Part shown: in pieces, positions 38,810-53,685 of the stretch
Layout: each line of letters opens with the position of its first letter
Numbering within the stretch: the first letter of the stretch is position 1
NCBI RefSeq assembly: GCF_006345805.1
Contig: NC_042997.1
Span: 111,104,001-111,168,000, forward strand
DNA length: 64,000 nucleotides
Origin: Octopus sinensis
Lineage: Eukaryota
Direction of reading: 5' to 3'
Notes under the pieces: generated by a model
Seen by the model: only the letters and a program-made list of their open reading frames with translations
The model's database searches: none
What the model was told of the DNA's origin: nothing
Position numbers and translations under genes: made by a program

Positions 38810-41340
38810 GTGGAAGAATTCTGGAGAGAAATATGGTCGGCGAACAAACAACCCAAAAAAAGGAGTATTAAAACAACAAACTCAGCATCTGAGCAACTTT
38901 GGACCCCCATAACAACTGAAGAGGTCACCCAGGCACTGCAAAGACTAAGCAACTGGAAGGCACCTGGGCATGACAAGATCCCCAACTTCTGGTTGAAATA
39001 TCTAACAGGAATGCACAAAAAGCTGGCTGAAATCTTTAACAACATACTAGCAGAGCCAGAGACAATGCCAGAATGGCTCACGAAGGGGAAAACCATCTTA
39101 ATTCCCAAATCAAATGAGACAACAAAACCAGAAAACTACAGACCAATAACCTGTCTCCCTACAATGTACAAGGCATTTACTGCAGTGATATCGCAAAGGT
39201 TGAACAAGCACCTAGACGCAAACAACCTATTTCCAGAAGAGCAGAAAGGATGTCGCAAAGGCTCATATGGCTGTAAAGATCAACTAATGATTAATAAAGC
39301 CATAACTGAAGACAGCCACAGAAAGAAGAAAGGCCTCAGTGTGGCTTGGATCGACTACAAAAAGGCGTTTGATAGCATCCCCCACACATGGATCCTCGAA
39401 ACACTAGCCATTAACAAAGTAACACCAACAATTATAAAATTCATAGGACACTCTATGAATAAATAGCAAACAGTGCTACAGCTCCAAACAAAAGAGGGAC
39501 TCATGAAAACCAAAGACATCCCCATTAGAAGAGGAATATTCCAGGGAGACACGCTCTCTCCACTCCTTTTCTGCTTGGCACTGCCACCTCTATCTGATAT
39601 GCTAAACAGAACTGGATGTGGATATAAATGTTATGGCAAAACGATCAGCCACCTTTTATATATGGATGACCTAAAACTATACGCTGCAAATGACAAACAG
39701 CTGGAAACACTATTAAAGACAGTTCATAGATTTACCAAAGAAATAGATATGAAATTTGGATTAGAAAAATGCGCCAAAGTAACCCTGAAAAGAGGAAAAC
39801 TAGTTAAGAGTAGCAACATCACACTAGATAAAACCAATGAAATAAAAGAATTAGACCAAAGCCAAACTTACAAATACTTAGGAATCCATGAACTAGATAA
39901 GACACAACACACACAAATGAAAGAGAAAATAAAAGAAGAATATTATAGACGAGTTAGATCAATACTAAAAACAGAGCTCAATGCTAAAAACAAGATAATA
40001 GGTATTAACACTTTAGCTGTCCCAGTTATAAGTTACAGCTACAATATCCTTAACTGGACACTAAATGAACTGACCAAAATAGATAGGAAAACAAGAAAAA
40101 TAATGACAGGATCTAGGATGCATCACCCAAAATCTGACATAGAAAGACTATATATACAACGTATAGAAGGTGGTAGAGGCCTTATACAGCTGGAAAACTA
40201 CGATAAAATAACCACCATAGGACTGCAAAAATATCTACTTCAGAAGGAAGGAAAACTGATACAAATAGCGGCAAAACACGAGCAAAACAAAAAAACTGTT
40301 CTCAGTATTTAAGGAAGCTGACAAATACAAACAAGAAATTACCCACCTAACAAATATGAAGAAGAAGAAGAAGATGAAGAAACAACAAAAGCTATAAAAC
40401 AAATGAAATCCAAACTAAAACTAGAACAGCAAAGAACCATGATAAAACGATGGCAAGAAAAGCCTCTTCATGGTAAATACTGGACTAAACTAAATGCAAA
40501 AGAAATAGACAAAGAAAAATCCCAGCAATGGTTGAGAAGCTCAGGACTCAAAGCAGAGACAGAGGGATTTTTAATTGCAGCACAAGACCAAAGCCTCCCC
40601 ACCAGAAATTACCAAAAACATGTAATGAAAAGAAATATAACAAGTAACTGTAGAATATGTGGAGATGGACAAGAAACAATAAATCATATTATCTCTGGCT
40701 GCCCAGTCCTGGCTAAGAAGGAATATATTCACAGACATGACAGAGTTGGAACCTACATACACTGGAAGCTATGCCAACATTATGGAATAACAACAGAAAA
40801 AAGATGGTATAGGCACACACCAGAAAAGGTCACAGAAAACGAGAAAGCAACCATACTCTGGGATATGCCGATACACACAGATAAAGAAATTAAAGCCAAC
40901 AGACCAGATATAGTTGTCAGAGATCATGAAGGAAAAAAATGCTTTCTAATTGATGTATCAATACCGGCAGATGACAACGTGTCTCTAAAAGAAATGGAGA
41001 AACTCTCAACATACAAAGACCTGGAAATAGAGGTAACCAGAATGTGGAATCTAAAAACAGAAACAATCCCTATCATAGTAGGTGCATTAGGCATGATAAA
41101 AAAATATTCAGACAAATACATAACAAAAGCACCAGGACTTACAAACACATGTAACATACAGAAAATTGCACTACTAGGCACTGCACTCATCCTACACAGA
41201 ACACTTTCCATACAATAACCATCAGAGCATCACAACAAATCACAGCACATACCCAAGGCACACAGAGCTGCGCCCGGTAGTGAAGTGAAAGCACGCTATA
41301 AAAATAAAACTACTGAATAATAATAATAATAATAATAATA
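38810..41340 (+). mobile_element. R4/Dong-type LINE (Dong-C): RT, CCHC knuckle and RLE; one nonsense codon and one frameshift
   Basis: KAPGHD, NYRPITCL, WIDYKKAFDSI, GIFQGDTLSP, LYMDD, CRIC..ETINHIISGC, NRPDIVV...IDVSIP; (TAA)n on both sides. Confidence 0.95.
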
Positions 41341-41404
41341 AAAACAATAACAATAATATTGAAAAATACCTTAGGAATGAGAACCAGGTTCAAAATTTCC
41401 CCAA

Positions 41405-41450
41405 GACACCTGATGAAGGCTGGAGAGTATATCAGTCGAAATGTTGTATT
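41405..41450 (+). ncRNA. Minimal type I hammerhead motif, partly degenerate
   Basis: gacac-CTGATGA-a-ggctgg(agagtata)tcagtc-GAAA-t-GTT-gtatt; C15.2 is T and helix I has one mismatch. Confidence 0.65.
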
Positions 41451-41561
41451 AACAACAAACAAGATGAGGAAAATGTCCGTCAAATGTAAATAATGTTTCC
41501 AGTTATGTTCAGCAAGTCATGTCTTGCCATAAACTCCAAGCAGTATGTTTCTCCCTGGATG

Positions 41562-41825
41562 TAATAAAAATTAATAAATGCACCCTTTTAAAGCCTAGCC
41601 AGGCTCATGGGCCCGGTTTCCCCGGTTTCTATGGCGTATGTGTTCCCCAGCTGGACGGGACGCCAGTCCATCGCAGTGTTACTCATTTTTGCCAGCTGAG
41701 TGGACTGGAGCAACGTGAAATGAAATGTTTTGCTCAAGAACACAACACGTCGCCCAGTCCAGGAATCGAAACCACAATCTTACGATCATCGTGCTGACAC
41801 CCTAACCACTAAGCCACGCGCCTCC
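41562..41825 (-). mobile_element. tRNA-derived SINE family B
   Basis: Reverse complement: gtggcttagtgg A-box, ggtttcgattcc B-box, ttcttgagcaaa..gctccagtccactcagctg central domain. Confidence 0.85.
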
Positions 41826-42365
41826 ACTCTCAGTATGTAATAGTTGTTATCTGTAAAAGGCCAACACAGTTTGTCTTCATGTGTGGTAATAAATTCTTCT
41901 GTTAAATGATTCGTTGGTGTTGTTCAGGTACTTCTACACGCAGCTCAATAAACATTTTCATTCATCAACTCAACCAGTCACCACCACAAACCAGACCAAC
42001 AACAACAACAACATCCATGTAACAATATATATTTGAATTTTAAATACTCTGGCAAATTCTGTCGATGCTTCTTACTATCAGGGGTTACCATTATGGACGC
42101 TAAAGTTCAAAACACAAACAGTAAATTAAAAATTCTCAGACAACAGACTCTCCTCGGCTCCTCCTTCCCTCGCGTCTCACAAGTTCTCTAGACATTATTA
42201 AAACTTGTCTTTTTGGTAATTACAAAACGTCTCAACTAACTTTCAATTTGTCATTCACACGAGTCCTTTCTTTAATTTCATCTGTCTCTTTCTCTATATT
42301 ATCTTTCTCTATGTTATCTTTCTGTCTACAACTGTTTTTCTGTGTCACTGTCTGTCTGCCTCATT

Positions 42366-42412
<47 letters not shown>

Positions 42413-42508
42413 AGAAACACACGTAAACACAGATGAATACTGACACATACATATAATACATATGCATATACACACATGCACACTCTCACATCTATCTATC
42501 TATATACA

Positions 42509-42571
<63 letters not shown>

Positions 42572-42604
42572 CACCTATACATGCATGCATATATATGTAT
42601 GTGT

Positions 42605-42740
42605 GTGTTCCTTTCTGTTGAAGAGTGTAGGCTCGAAACGTAAAACACTTTCCCACCTTCCCAAGCATCAAACTAATACACCTGCTTGTTGCTTATACAC
42701 CTGTCTTCATCTTCTGTTTTTCTGTAAATTTCAACTATAT
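42605..42740 (+). mobile_element. PLE-type 3' terminus with a hammerhead-like motif (A6 is U)
   Basis: cttt-CTGTTGA-a-gag(tgtagg)ctc-GAAAC-GTA-aaac, then a pyrimidine-rich tail into (TA)n. Confidence 0.55.
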
Positions 42741-42965
42741 ATATCATATATATATATATGTATGTATATATATTCGCATGAGTTGTCTAAGAGATTATAA
42801 ATCAGGGAAAAGATGCACTCATATATCTGACAGTATAGTGGTTATATTAATTGAAGTGTACAGTATCATATATCCATCATGGCTTATCTTGCTAACTAGT
42901 TTTGCACTTGAGGTTCAACAGAGTGTTAGGTATATAAATATATATATATACACACACACACACAC

Positions 42966-42999
<34 letters not shown>

Positions 43000-43359
43000 C
43001 CAAATTGAGGGAGTGGAGCTGGTAAAATCCAGGCTACATATGTTTCCTAGTTAGCAAATCCTTTGATGTAATAATTACTCAATGACGAGTGCTCAATTAA
43101 CTACTCATCAGTCTGAAGATATTTTAATTATATGAAGGCAGCATTGTAATTAAGGAATCCCAAGTTAACTCACCAAAGATATAATTTTGAATGGGGTTTT
43201 ATTCACATTCATAGCAAATTAAGTTTTGCTAACCATGAGCTATAAAAAAATTTTTTTGAGCTTATTGAATTTTGACATGAGGAAAGCTTATTGTTCCTGA
43301 ATGTTGTTTTTTGTATACCTACCACTGACTGCTTAAAGCTTACAAGCTTCCTACACTTA

Positions 43360-44592
43360 GATCTTTGGATCGTATAATTACATATTTAAAAGGGAAAGCC
43401 CCCAGCCCATCAAGAATTACTGCTGAGATGCTTAAAATATTTGGCAGAGTGGGATATGGCCTAGTCTCCCATATAGTTAATCAGTTTGTCCACAAGGGAG
43501 TCAAACCCAGTGATTGGAGTAGCAGCATTATAGGCAACTGCTACAAAGTTAAAGGTGACACTTTGACAGAAATATTCGAGAGGTACCAAACTGCTGGACC
43601 AGGTGATGAAAGTTACAGAAGGGGTCATAGGAAAAGATTTAGCGAAGATGAGATGCAGTTTGGTTTTGTGCCAGGGAGAAGCACTACAAATGCTATCTCC
43701 TTTAGAAGTATTTGGCCAAAAATAAACCTCTATATTAGGCTTTTGTTGACATGGAGAAAGCCTTTGTCAGAGTCCCATACACCTTATCTGGTGGTCAATG
43801 CGGAAGCTAGGGATAGATGAGTGGTAGGGGAGAGTTGTACAAGCCACATACAAGGACGTTGTTCATAGGGGGGAAGATGGCAATGAGTGTAACAATGAAT
43901 TCAGTGCACAGATAGGAGTCCACAAGGGATTGCTTCTCAGACCCTTCTTGTTTATCATAGTCCTCCAGGCTAAAACAGGAGAATTTCAAGATTGGCTGCC
44001 CTTAGGAGCTCCTCTATGCTGTTATTATTGCTGAATGACTACCAGAACTAGAGAAGAAATTTCAGGTATGGAAGCAAGGTCTGGAATCAAAGGGCTTTAG
44101 CATTAACTTAGCAAAGACCAAAGTAATGATAAGCAGGAAGACATACAAATCACAGATCCCTTCAGGGAAATAGCCCTGTTGAGATGTTGAGAAGATGTCG
44201 GTAGAGACTTCATACAATACCCAGTGCAAGCTATGGACACATGAGGGGTTTAGCGGTATCACAAAAAGGTTAGCAGAGAAAGTAGTCATTGTGTGTGGCA
44301 GATATGCAGGTACAATAAATACGAGGAATGTGCAGAAAATAGACTCCTTCAAATGTCCTGGGGAATCTCAGAAGTAGTAGAAAGTTTCCATTACCTAGGT
44401 GAGCGTAGGTAAAAGTTCTGAAAGTGTAGTTGCTAGAATAAGAATAGGCCAGATAAAGCTGTGGGACCTGCTACCTTTGTTGGTAACAAAGGGCCTCTCC
44501 CATGGAGTGAAAGTCAAATTGTATGATGCTTGTGTACAAATAGCTATGTTCCATGGTGGTGAGACATGGGCTGTGACTACTGACGACATGTG
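43360..44592 (+). mobile_element. Old, heavily degenerate RTE copy
   Basis: GKAPSPSRITAEMLK, EMQFGFVPGRSTT, FHGGETWAVT with many frameshifts. Confidence 0.85.
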
Positions 44593-44881
44593 TTAAGCCT
44601 AGATGTGTTTGTCTGCATCACTACTTCCATATCAGCTCACCTTGGAGCTCTCATATATACATATATATGTCTACACATACACACACATATTGAGAAAGCA
44701 GAAACATCCATTCGTAAATCCTCTCTCTCCCTTTCCTCCGTCTTTTTCTTTCCTTCCCTCTTTCTCCCTCTGCATCTCCCTCTCTCTCACTCTCTCTGTT
44801 TTTTTTTCTCATGCTTGAAATCCTGACATTATGCTACCAGTAAAATCCACACACATATTTATATACATACATACACATACA

Positions 44882-44927
<46 letters not shown>

Positions 44928-44940
44928 ACACACACACACA

Positions 44941-48130
<3,190 letters not shown>

Positions 48131-48469
48131 ACACACACAGATATACTCTCTCTCTCTCACACACACACACTGAAACACATGAATATACCATCAGTGTGTG
48201 TGTGTGTGTGTGTGTGTTCCTGGTTTTCACATTACATCAAAATTTTGAACGAACAATCTACAAATCCGATATTCTGTGAAAAAACAAGTCTGACCATGGA
48301 GGGGAATATTACTTAGCTTGGAAAGGGACGGTGGTTAGAGACAGGGAGAGCATCCAGTCATAGAGGGCATCCAGTCATAGAGGGAATCTGCCTCAATAAG
48401 TTCTGTCAGACCCATGGGGCAAGCATGTAAACCCGTGCATTGAAATTCTGATAAAAATTATGATACAAA

Positions 48470-48720
48470 TCAGCATCATCATCATCATCATCATCATTTA
48501 ACGCCTGTTTTCCATGTTGGCATGGGTTGGATGCCACAACCAGAGCTGGCAAGATGGAGAGCTACACCGGGTTCCAATCCGATTTGTCATGGATTCTATG
48601 GCAGGATAAAAATGCGCTTCCTAACACCAACCACTCCAAGAGTGTATTGGGTGCTTTTCACATGCCACTGGCACGGATGTCAGTTACGTGACACTGGCAT
48701 CAGCCACAACTATGATTTCA
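48470..48720 (-). mobile_element. Diverged RTE-type 3' tail
   Basis: (CAT)n tail and ttcctaacaccaaccactcc. Confidence 0.65.
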
Positions 48721-49052
48721 CATCTTTATTATAATCATCATCATCATCATTATCATCATCATCATCATGTCCATTGTTTTCATATTCACTTTTCCAAGTT
48801 TGCATTGATCAGACAGAATTCATAGAAATAAATTTTTGATGGCTGGATGCTCTTCCTGTTGCCAACCCTCACCATACTGCTTTCAGTTTCTGTCAACCAA
48901 ATACACTCCCAGGTCTTTGGTTAACCCAGGGGTTTACAGTGGAGGACACCGCTCCAGAGTAACCTACAGTTACTACACACATACAAACAAATAGATATGT
49001 ATATATGAAAAATATACATACATATATATGTATGTGTGAGTAGATATATGTG

Positions 49053-49141
<89 letters not shown>

Positions 49142-49174
49142 GTGTGTGGTGTGTGTGTGTGTGTGTGTATGTGA

Positions 49175-49210
<36 letters not shown>

Positions 49211-49259
49211 ATTATTATTATTTTTACATATTACTTTTGTATTCATATTCGTGTAACAT

Positions 49260-49495
49260 CATCCGTTTTTTCCATCCTTGTTTTGTATACATTCAAAGGT
49301 TTCTCCCAAGGAATCTAATGCACTTAGCTTAGTTTTTCTTTGGGGCTGGCCAGACTGGAGCAATCAGCCGAAATTGCGAGGATGATCCGGTTCTTGACTG
49401 AAGATTGAAGGCTTCGAATGTCCCGTCCGTGTTTTTTGTATCGTCTCCTAAATGTTTTGCGTTCTTGTCCCAGTTTGTATTTTTATACGTATATA
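49260..49495 (+). mobile_element. PLE-like 3' terminus
   Basis: cttgaCTGAAGA...cgaatg; tail ttttttgtatcgtc..tgttttgcgttcttgtccc shared with 54141-54230 and 56960-57055. Confidence 0.5.
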
Positions 49496-49699
49496 TATAT
49501 CATCATCATCATCATTTAACGTCCGCTTTTCATGCTAGCATGGGTTGGACGGTTCAACTGGGGTCTGGGGAGCCCAAAGGCTGCACCAGGCCAGTCAGAT
49601 CTGGCAGTGTTTCTACAGCTGGATGCCCTTCCTAACGCCAACCACTCCATACATATATATGTATATGTATACATACATGCATACATACATACATATACT

Positions 49700-50095
49700 C
49701 TTTTACTTGTTTCAGTCATTTGACTGTGGCCATGCTGGAGCATCACCTTTAGTCGAGCACATCGACCCCAGGACTTATTCTTTGTAAGACTAGTACTTAT
49801 TCTATCAGTCTCTTTTGCCGAACTGCTAAGTTATGGGGACATAAACACACTAGCATCAGTTGTCAAGCAATGTTGGGGGACATACAAAGACACAGAAACA
49901 TCTAACAACACATACATATATGTATATGTATACATATATATGACGGGCTTCTTTCAGTTTCCATCAACCAAATCCACTCACAAGGCTTTGGTCGACCTGA
50001 CGCGATACTAGAAGACACTTGACCAAGGTCCCACGTAGTGGGACTGAACCCAGAACCATGTGGTTCATAAGCTACTTACCACACAGCCACTTCTA
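49700..50095 (-). mobile_element. SINE family A (RTE tail at 49500-49650)
   Basis: Matches the family A consensus. Confidence 0.85.
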
Positions 50096-50641
50096 CGCTT
50101 ATATATATATTTATACTCACACACAGAAATGGATATGTATATTTGACAAAAATATATATATACAAATATATATATGTATGTGTGTTTATATATATATATA
50201 TATATTTATGTATGTGTATACATACATGCACACATGCATATATATATCTATACACGCACACACACACACAATTGAACTTAATGACCATTAATAGGAAGAT
50301 CAGAGCATAAATGCAACACTTAACATTTATTCTTTGAGTCTCAGAAATCTATTTATAGCATTTCACGTTCCATGTTTCATGATGATGGTTCTTCATCAAT
50401 TAGTCACCATTTTGGTTTCCTTTCTTTCCTTCTTCCCTTCTTTCCTTCCTTCCATCTTTTTCCTTTCTTTTTCTCTTTCCCTTTTAGTTTTCATTTCCTG
50501 CAATTCAATGTGACGTGCCATTAGCTGTTTGTTCAGCTATGTGTGTGTATATATATATACACATAAATATATATATATATAATACATATATATATATATA
50601 TATATAATATATATATATATATATTATATATATATATATAT

Positions 50642-50896
50642 AACAAAAGAATGAAGGATACCTTGATATTATGTAAATAGAGGAATTTATCTGTAAATAT
50701 AATATGTGACGATTATTCGGTAGCCATTGTAAAACTCCAAGTTTTGGATGTCGGGGTGGAAACCCATGCTAGCATCTCTTCAGTTATCAGGCCATCAAAA
50801 AAATGCTAGAGATGCCAGTGTGGTTTTCCACACCGACATCCAAAACTTGGAGTTTTATCATGGCTACCGAATAATTGTCACATATTACATTTACAG

Positions 50897-50898
<2 letters not shown>
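50642..50898. mobile_element. PLE-type terminus with inverted arm (arms about 50689-50779 and 50808-50898); HHR has G12 changed to A
   Basis: About 90-bp reverse-complement arms; minus strand reads tgataa-CTGAAGA...AAAAC ttgg AGTT tta. Confidence 0.75.
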
Positions 50899-50977
<79 letters not shown>

Positions 50978-52520
50978 TACAGACACCTTTGGTATAATGG
51001 TGGGAACATCTGTTATGTTTACAGAAGAAATAGGTTCGTGTCCCATGGTAGCTTCAACTTTTTTCCATCCAAAGGATGTTTTAAACCAATATTCTATACC
51101 CTATTATTTATAGCATTAAAAATAATCTGTGTATATGTATAAATAACGTGTGTACACACATATATATTTGTTCATTTTTACGTTCGTTTTTCGCGTTTAA
51201 TAAACATCTCATAGAAAGAGAGAGAGGTATCGTACAAGAGCCAGATATTCTTTCTGATAGTCTTAAATCCATGCCTATTTTTCAAGTAAGGGGTCTCAGT
51301 GTATAGGTTTATTTTCACCAATGATTTCCGCATCCTCACGGATCCAACTGACTGTTTTTTGGCAGTGAATTTTGAGAAGTATGGAATATTTAAAGGATGC
51401 AATATCCTGGAAGCTAACAACTGTTGTGGTTAGCTTATTGCATAATTTGAAAATTCTGAACGAAGTGTATTGATTCCATACACCTATGATATAATCAGAG
51501 CCAATTTATTGACTTTTTTTGATGAAAGGTTATCAGTGGATGATCAAATCTGTTGACTTTAGCAGATACAATGACAAGGAGTTGTGACGTTCATACCTTT
51601 ACTTCCAGCATCAGCTGATTTATTGAAATTGTTTATCCAACCTGGAAACGAACCTGAACTTGCATTCCTGGAAGATTTACCATTGTGCTTTATCTGTCTT
51701 TCACAAGAAATGGTCTTGGCACTCCCAAATATGAAACAACTGTGCTATTCCTGTTCCAGTTCTTCTTTAATTCCATGGATAAATATTTCACTAATGTTGT
51801 TACGCAAGAAAGTCTTCTTGGATTTCAAGAGAACAGGTTCGCTGTTTCCTTATATGGAAATATATAGAGACGTGATTGTTGGTGGAGGAGGGCGAGGGAC
51901 GGTGGGACAAGGTGGTGGGGGAGGTGCTAAAAGAGATAATATCAGGAACTGAATGAATAAACAAAAGAAAAAGAAAAATATGCAACAGGTTTGAATATAA
52001 GGAAATTTTTTGTATCAAAGTAAAGAAATAGAGACAGGCAATTAGAAAGAAAGAAAGAAAGAAAGAAAGTAAAAAAGAAAGAAAGGTCGACAGACAGAGA
52101 TAGAGTGATAAATATATATACAGGTAGATAGATTGATAGATAGATAGATAGACAGACAGACAGATAGATAGACAGACAGATAGATAGAGGAAGTGAGAAT
52201 GAACATGTGTTTTAAGTATAGGGAAAATTAAAAAGAATTATACACACATACATACTCATATATTTATATATTCATATATACATACATGTACACACATACA
52301 CACACACAACCACATATATACATGTGTGTGTGTGTGGGTGAGTGTGTGTGAATGTGAGTGATTGATGTTGTGAGAACCACAATTTAAGGTAAATATTCAA
52401 AACATTCAAAGTAATACTTTCAGACAAATTCTTAAAGGAGGGAACGCAACAAGCTTTATACAGCCAATCATTTATACATGTATGTGTGTGTGTGTGTATA
52501 ATATACTATAATATAATATA

Positions 52521-53612
52521 ATATCATATGTGACAATTATTCAGTTGCCAAAATAAAACTCTAAGTTTCGAATGTCAGGGCAGAAATCTGCTCCGGCATC
52601 TCGTCAGTTATCAGGGCAATCAAAAAATGCTATGAAAATGACCGTTAAACAAAGGGAAATTACTATATAATTGACCGTTATTAAGACAAAAGAGCTATTA
52701 GAATGACCGTTAAATAAGGGGGAAAAAACGAAGGGGAGAAAGTAGAAAAGTAAAGGAGTAAAAATGCTCATAGAAATCACGTATGCGTGCATGCACGTAC
52801 ATACACATGCACACCCGCACACCCACATACATGTGCCTATATGCATATGCTCACTCATACTCGCGTGAAACACACACATGCGCACCCACACATATGCCAA
52901 AAAATGCACAAATATATGCAACCATGCATGTACACGTATACATATCCACACACACATGTACATTCCCATACCTGCACACAAGCACACATACACGCATGAG
53001 TACATAAATGTATATCCACACACATGCACACACACACACACCTGTGCACATACCCATATGTGCACAGTAATATTCAAATGCACATCTAAAATACGTACAT
53101 GCTATATATGCATATACTCCCTCACACTTGCGTGGAACATTCGCATGTACACCCACATATTTATGCAAGCATATACATTTACATATACATGTACATATAT
53201 ACATACCCACACACACACACACGTATGTATACCCATACGCGCACAAAAATGTTCATATACACGTCTATATACACACATGCACAAAAAATGGCAGGGTGAA
53301 AGGTAAAATACAGAAAAAATATGTAAAAATATATAAAGTAATAAAAATATATCTTTATAAATATGTAAAGAATATGTAAAAAAATATATGAGAAATATAT
53401 ATAAAAAGTATAGAGTGACAAAAAGTTTACACGATCATTTTCATAGCATTTTTTGATTCCCTTGATAACTGAAGAGATGCCGATGTAGGCTTCCGCTCCG
53501 ACATCCAAAACTCAGTGTTTTATTATGGCAACCAAATAATTGTTACATATTATATTACAGATAAATTCCTCTATTTACATAATATCGAGGTCTCATTCAT
53601 TCTTTTGTTGTT
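52521..53612 (-). mobile_element. PLE-type 3' region with long degenerate (CA/TA)-rich UTR and an inverted terminus copy at 53431-53612
   Basis: Same family as 50642-50898; divergent arms 52521-52645 and 53431-53550. Confidence 0.7.
52553..52613 (-). ncRNA. Type I hammerhead ribozyme motif, intact core
   Basis: tgataa-CTGACGA-long helix II (gcag-attt-ctgc tip)-GAAAC T tag A GTT-ttatt. Confidence 0.7.
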
Positions 53613-53685
53613 ATACCATTACTATTAATATATATATAATATGATCTCTGAGTGAGTTATAAACAGTAGCTGCATGACGACAGTA

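Larger units (their letters stand above)
34006..41493. mobile_element. Palindromic tRNA-head/hammerhead element, locus 2, with ~7 kb of nested LINEs in its linker
   Basis: TSD tgtttccagttat at 33993-34005 and 41494-41506; left arm 34008-34200 (-); right head 34206-34266; right HHR and tail 41355-41495. Confidence 0.8.

Noticed and set aside
49394-49430. CTGAAGA...GAATG motifs here and at 56962-57000 as ribozymes
   Set aside because: No GAAA and no helix I pairing; kept only as PLE-like termini.
51560-51950. 122-aa plus ORF and minus-strand FPGWINNFN, reminiscent of fatty acyl-CoA reductase
   Set aside because: The match is a few residues with no flanking similarity and no convincing splice sites.
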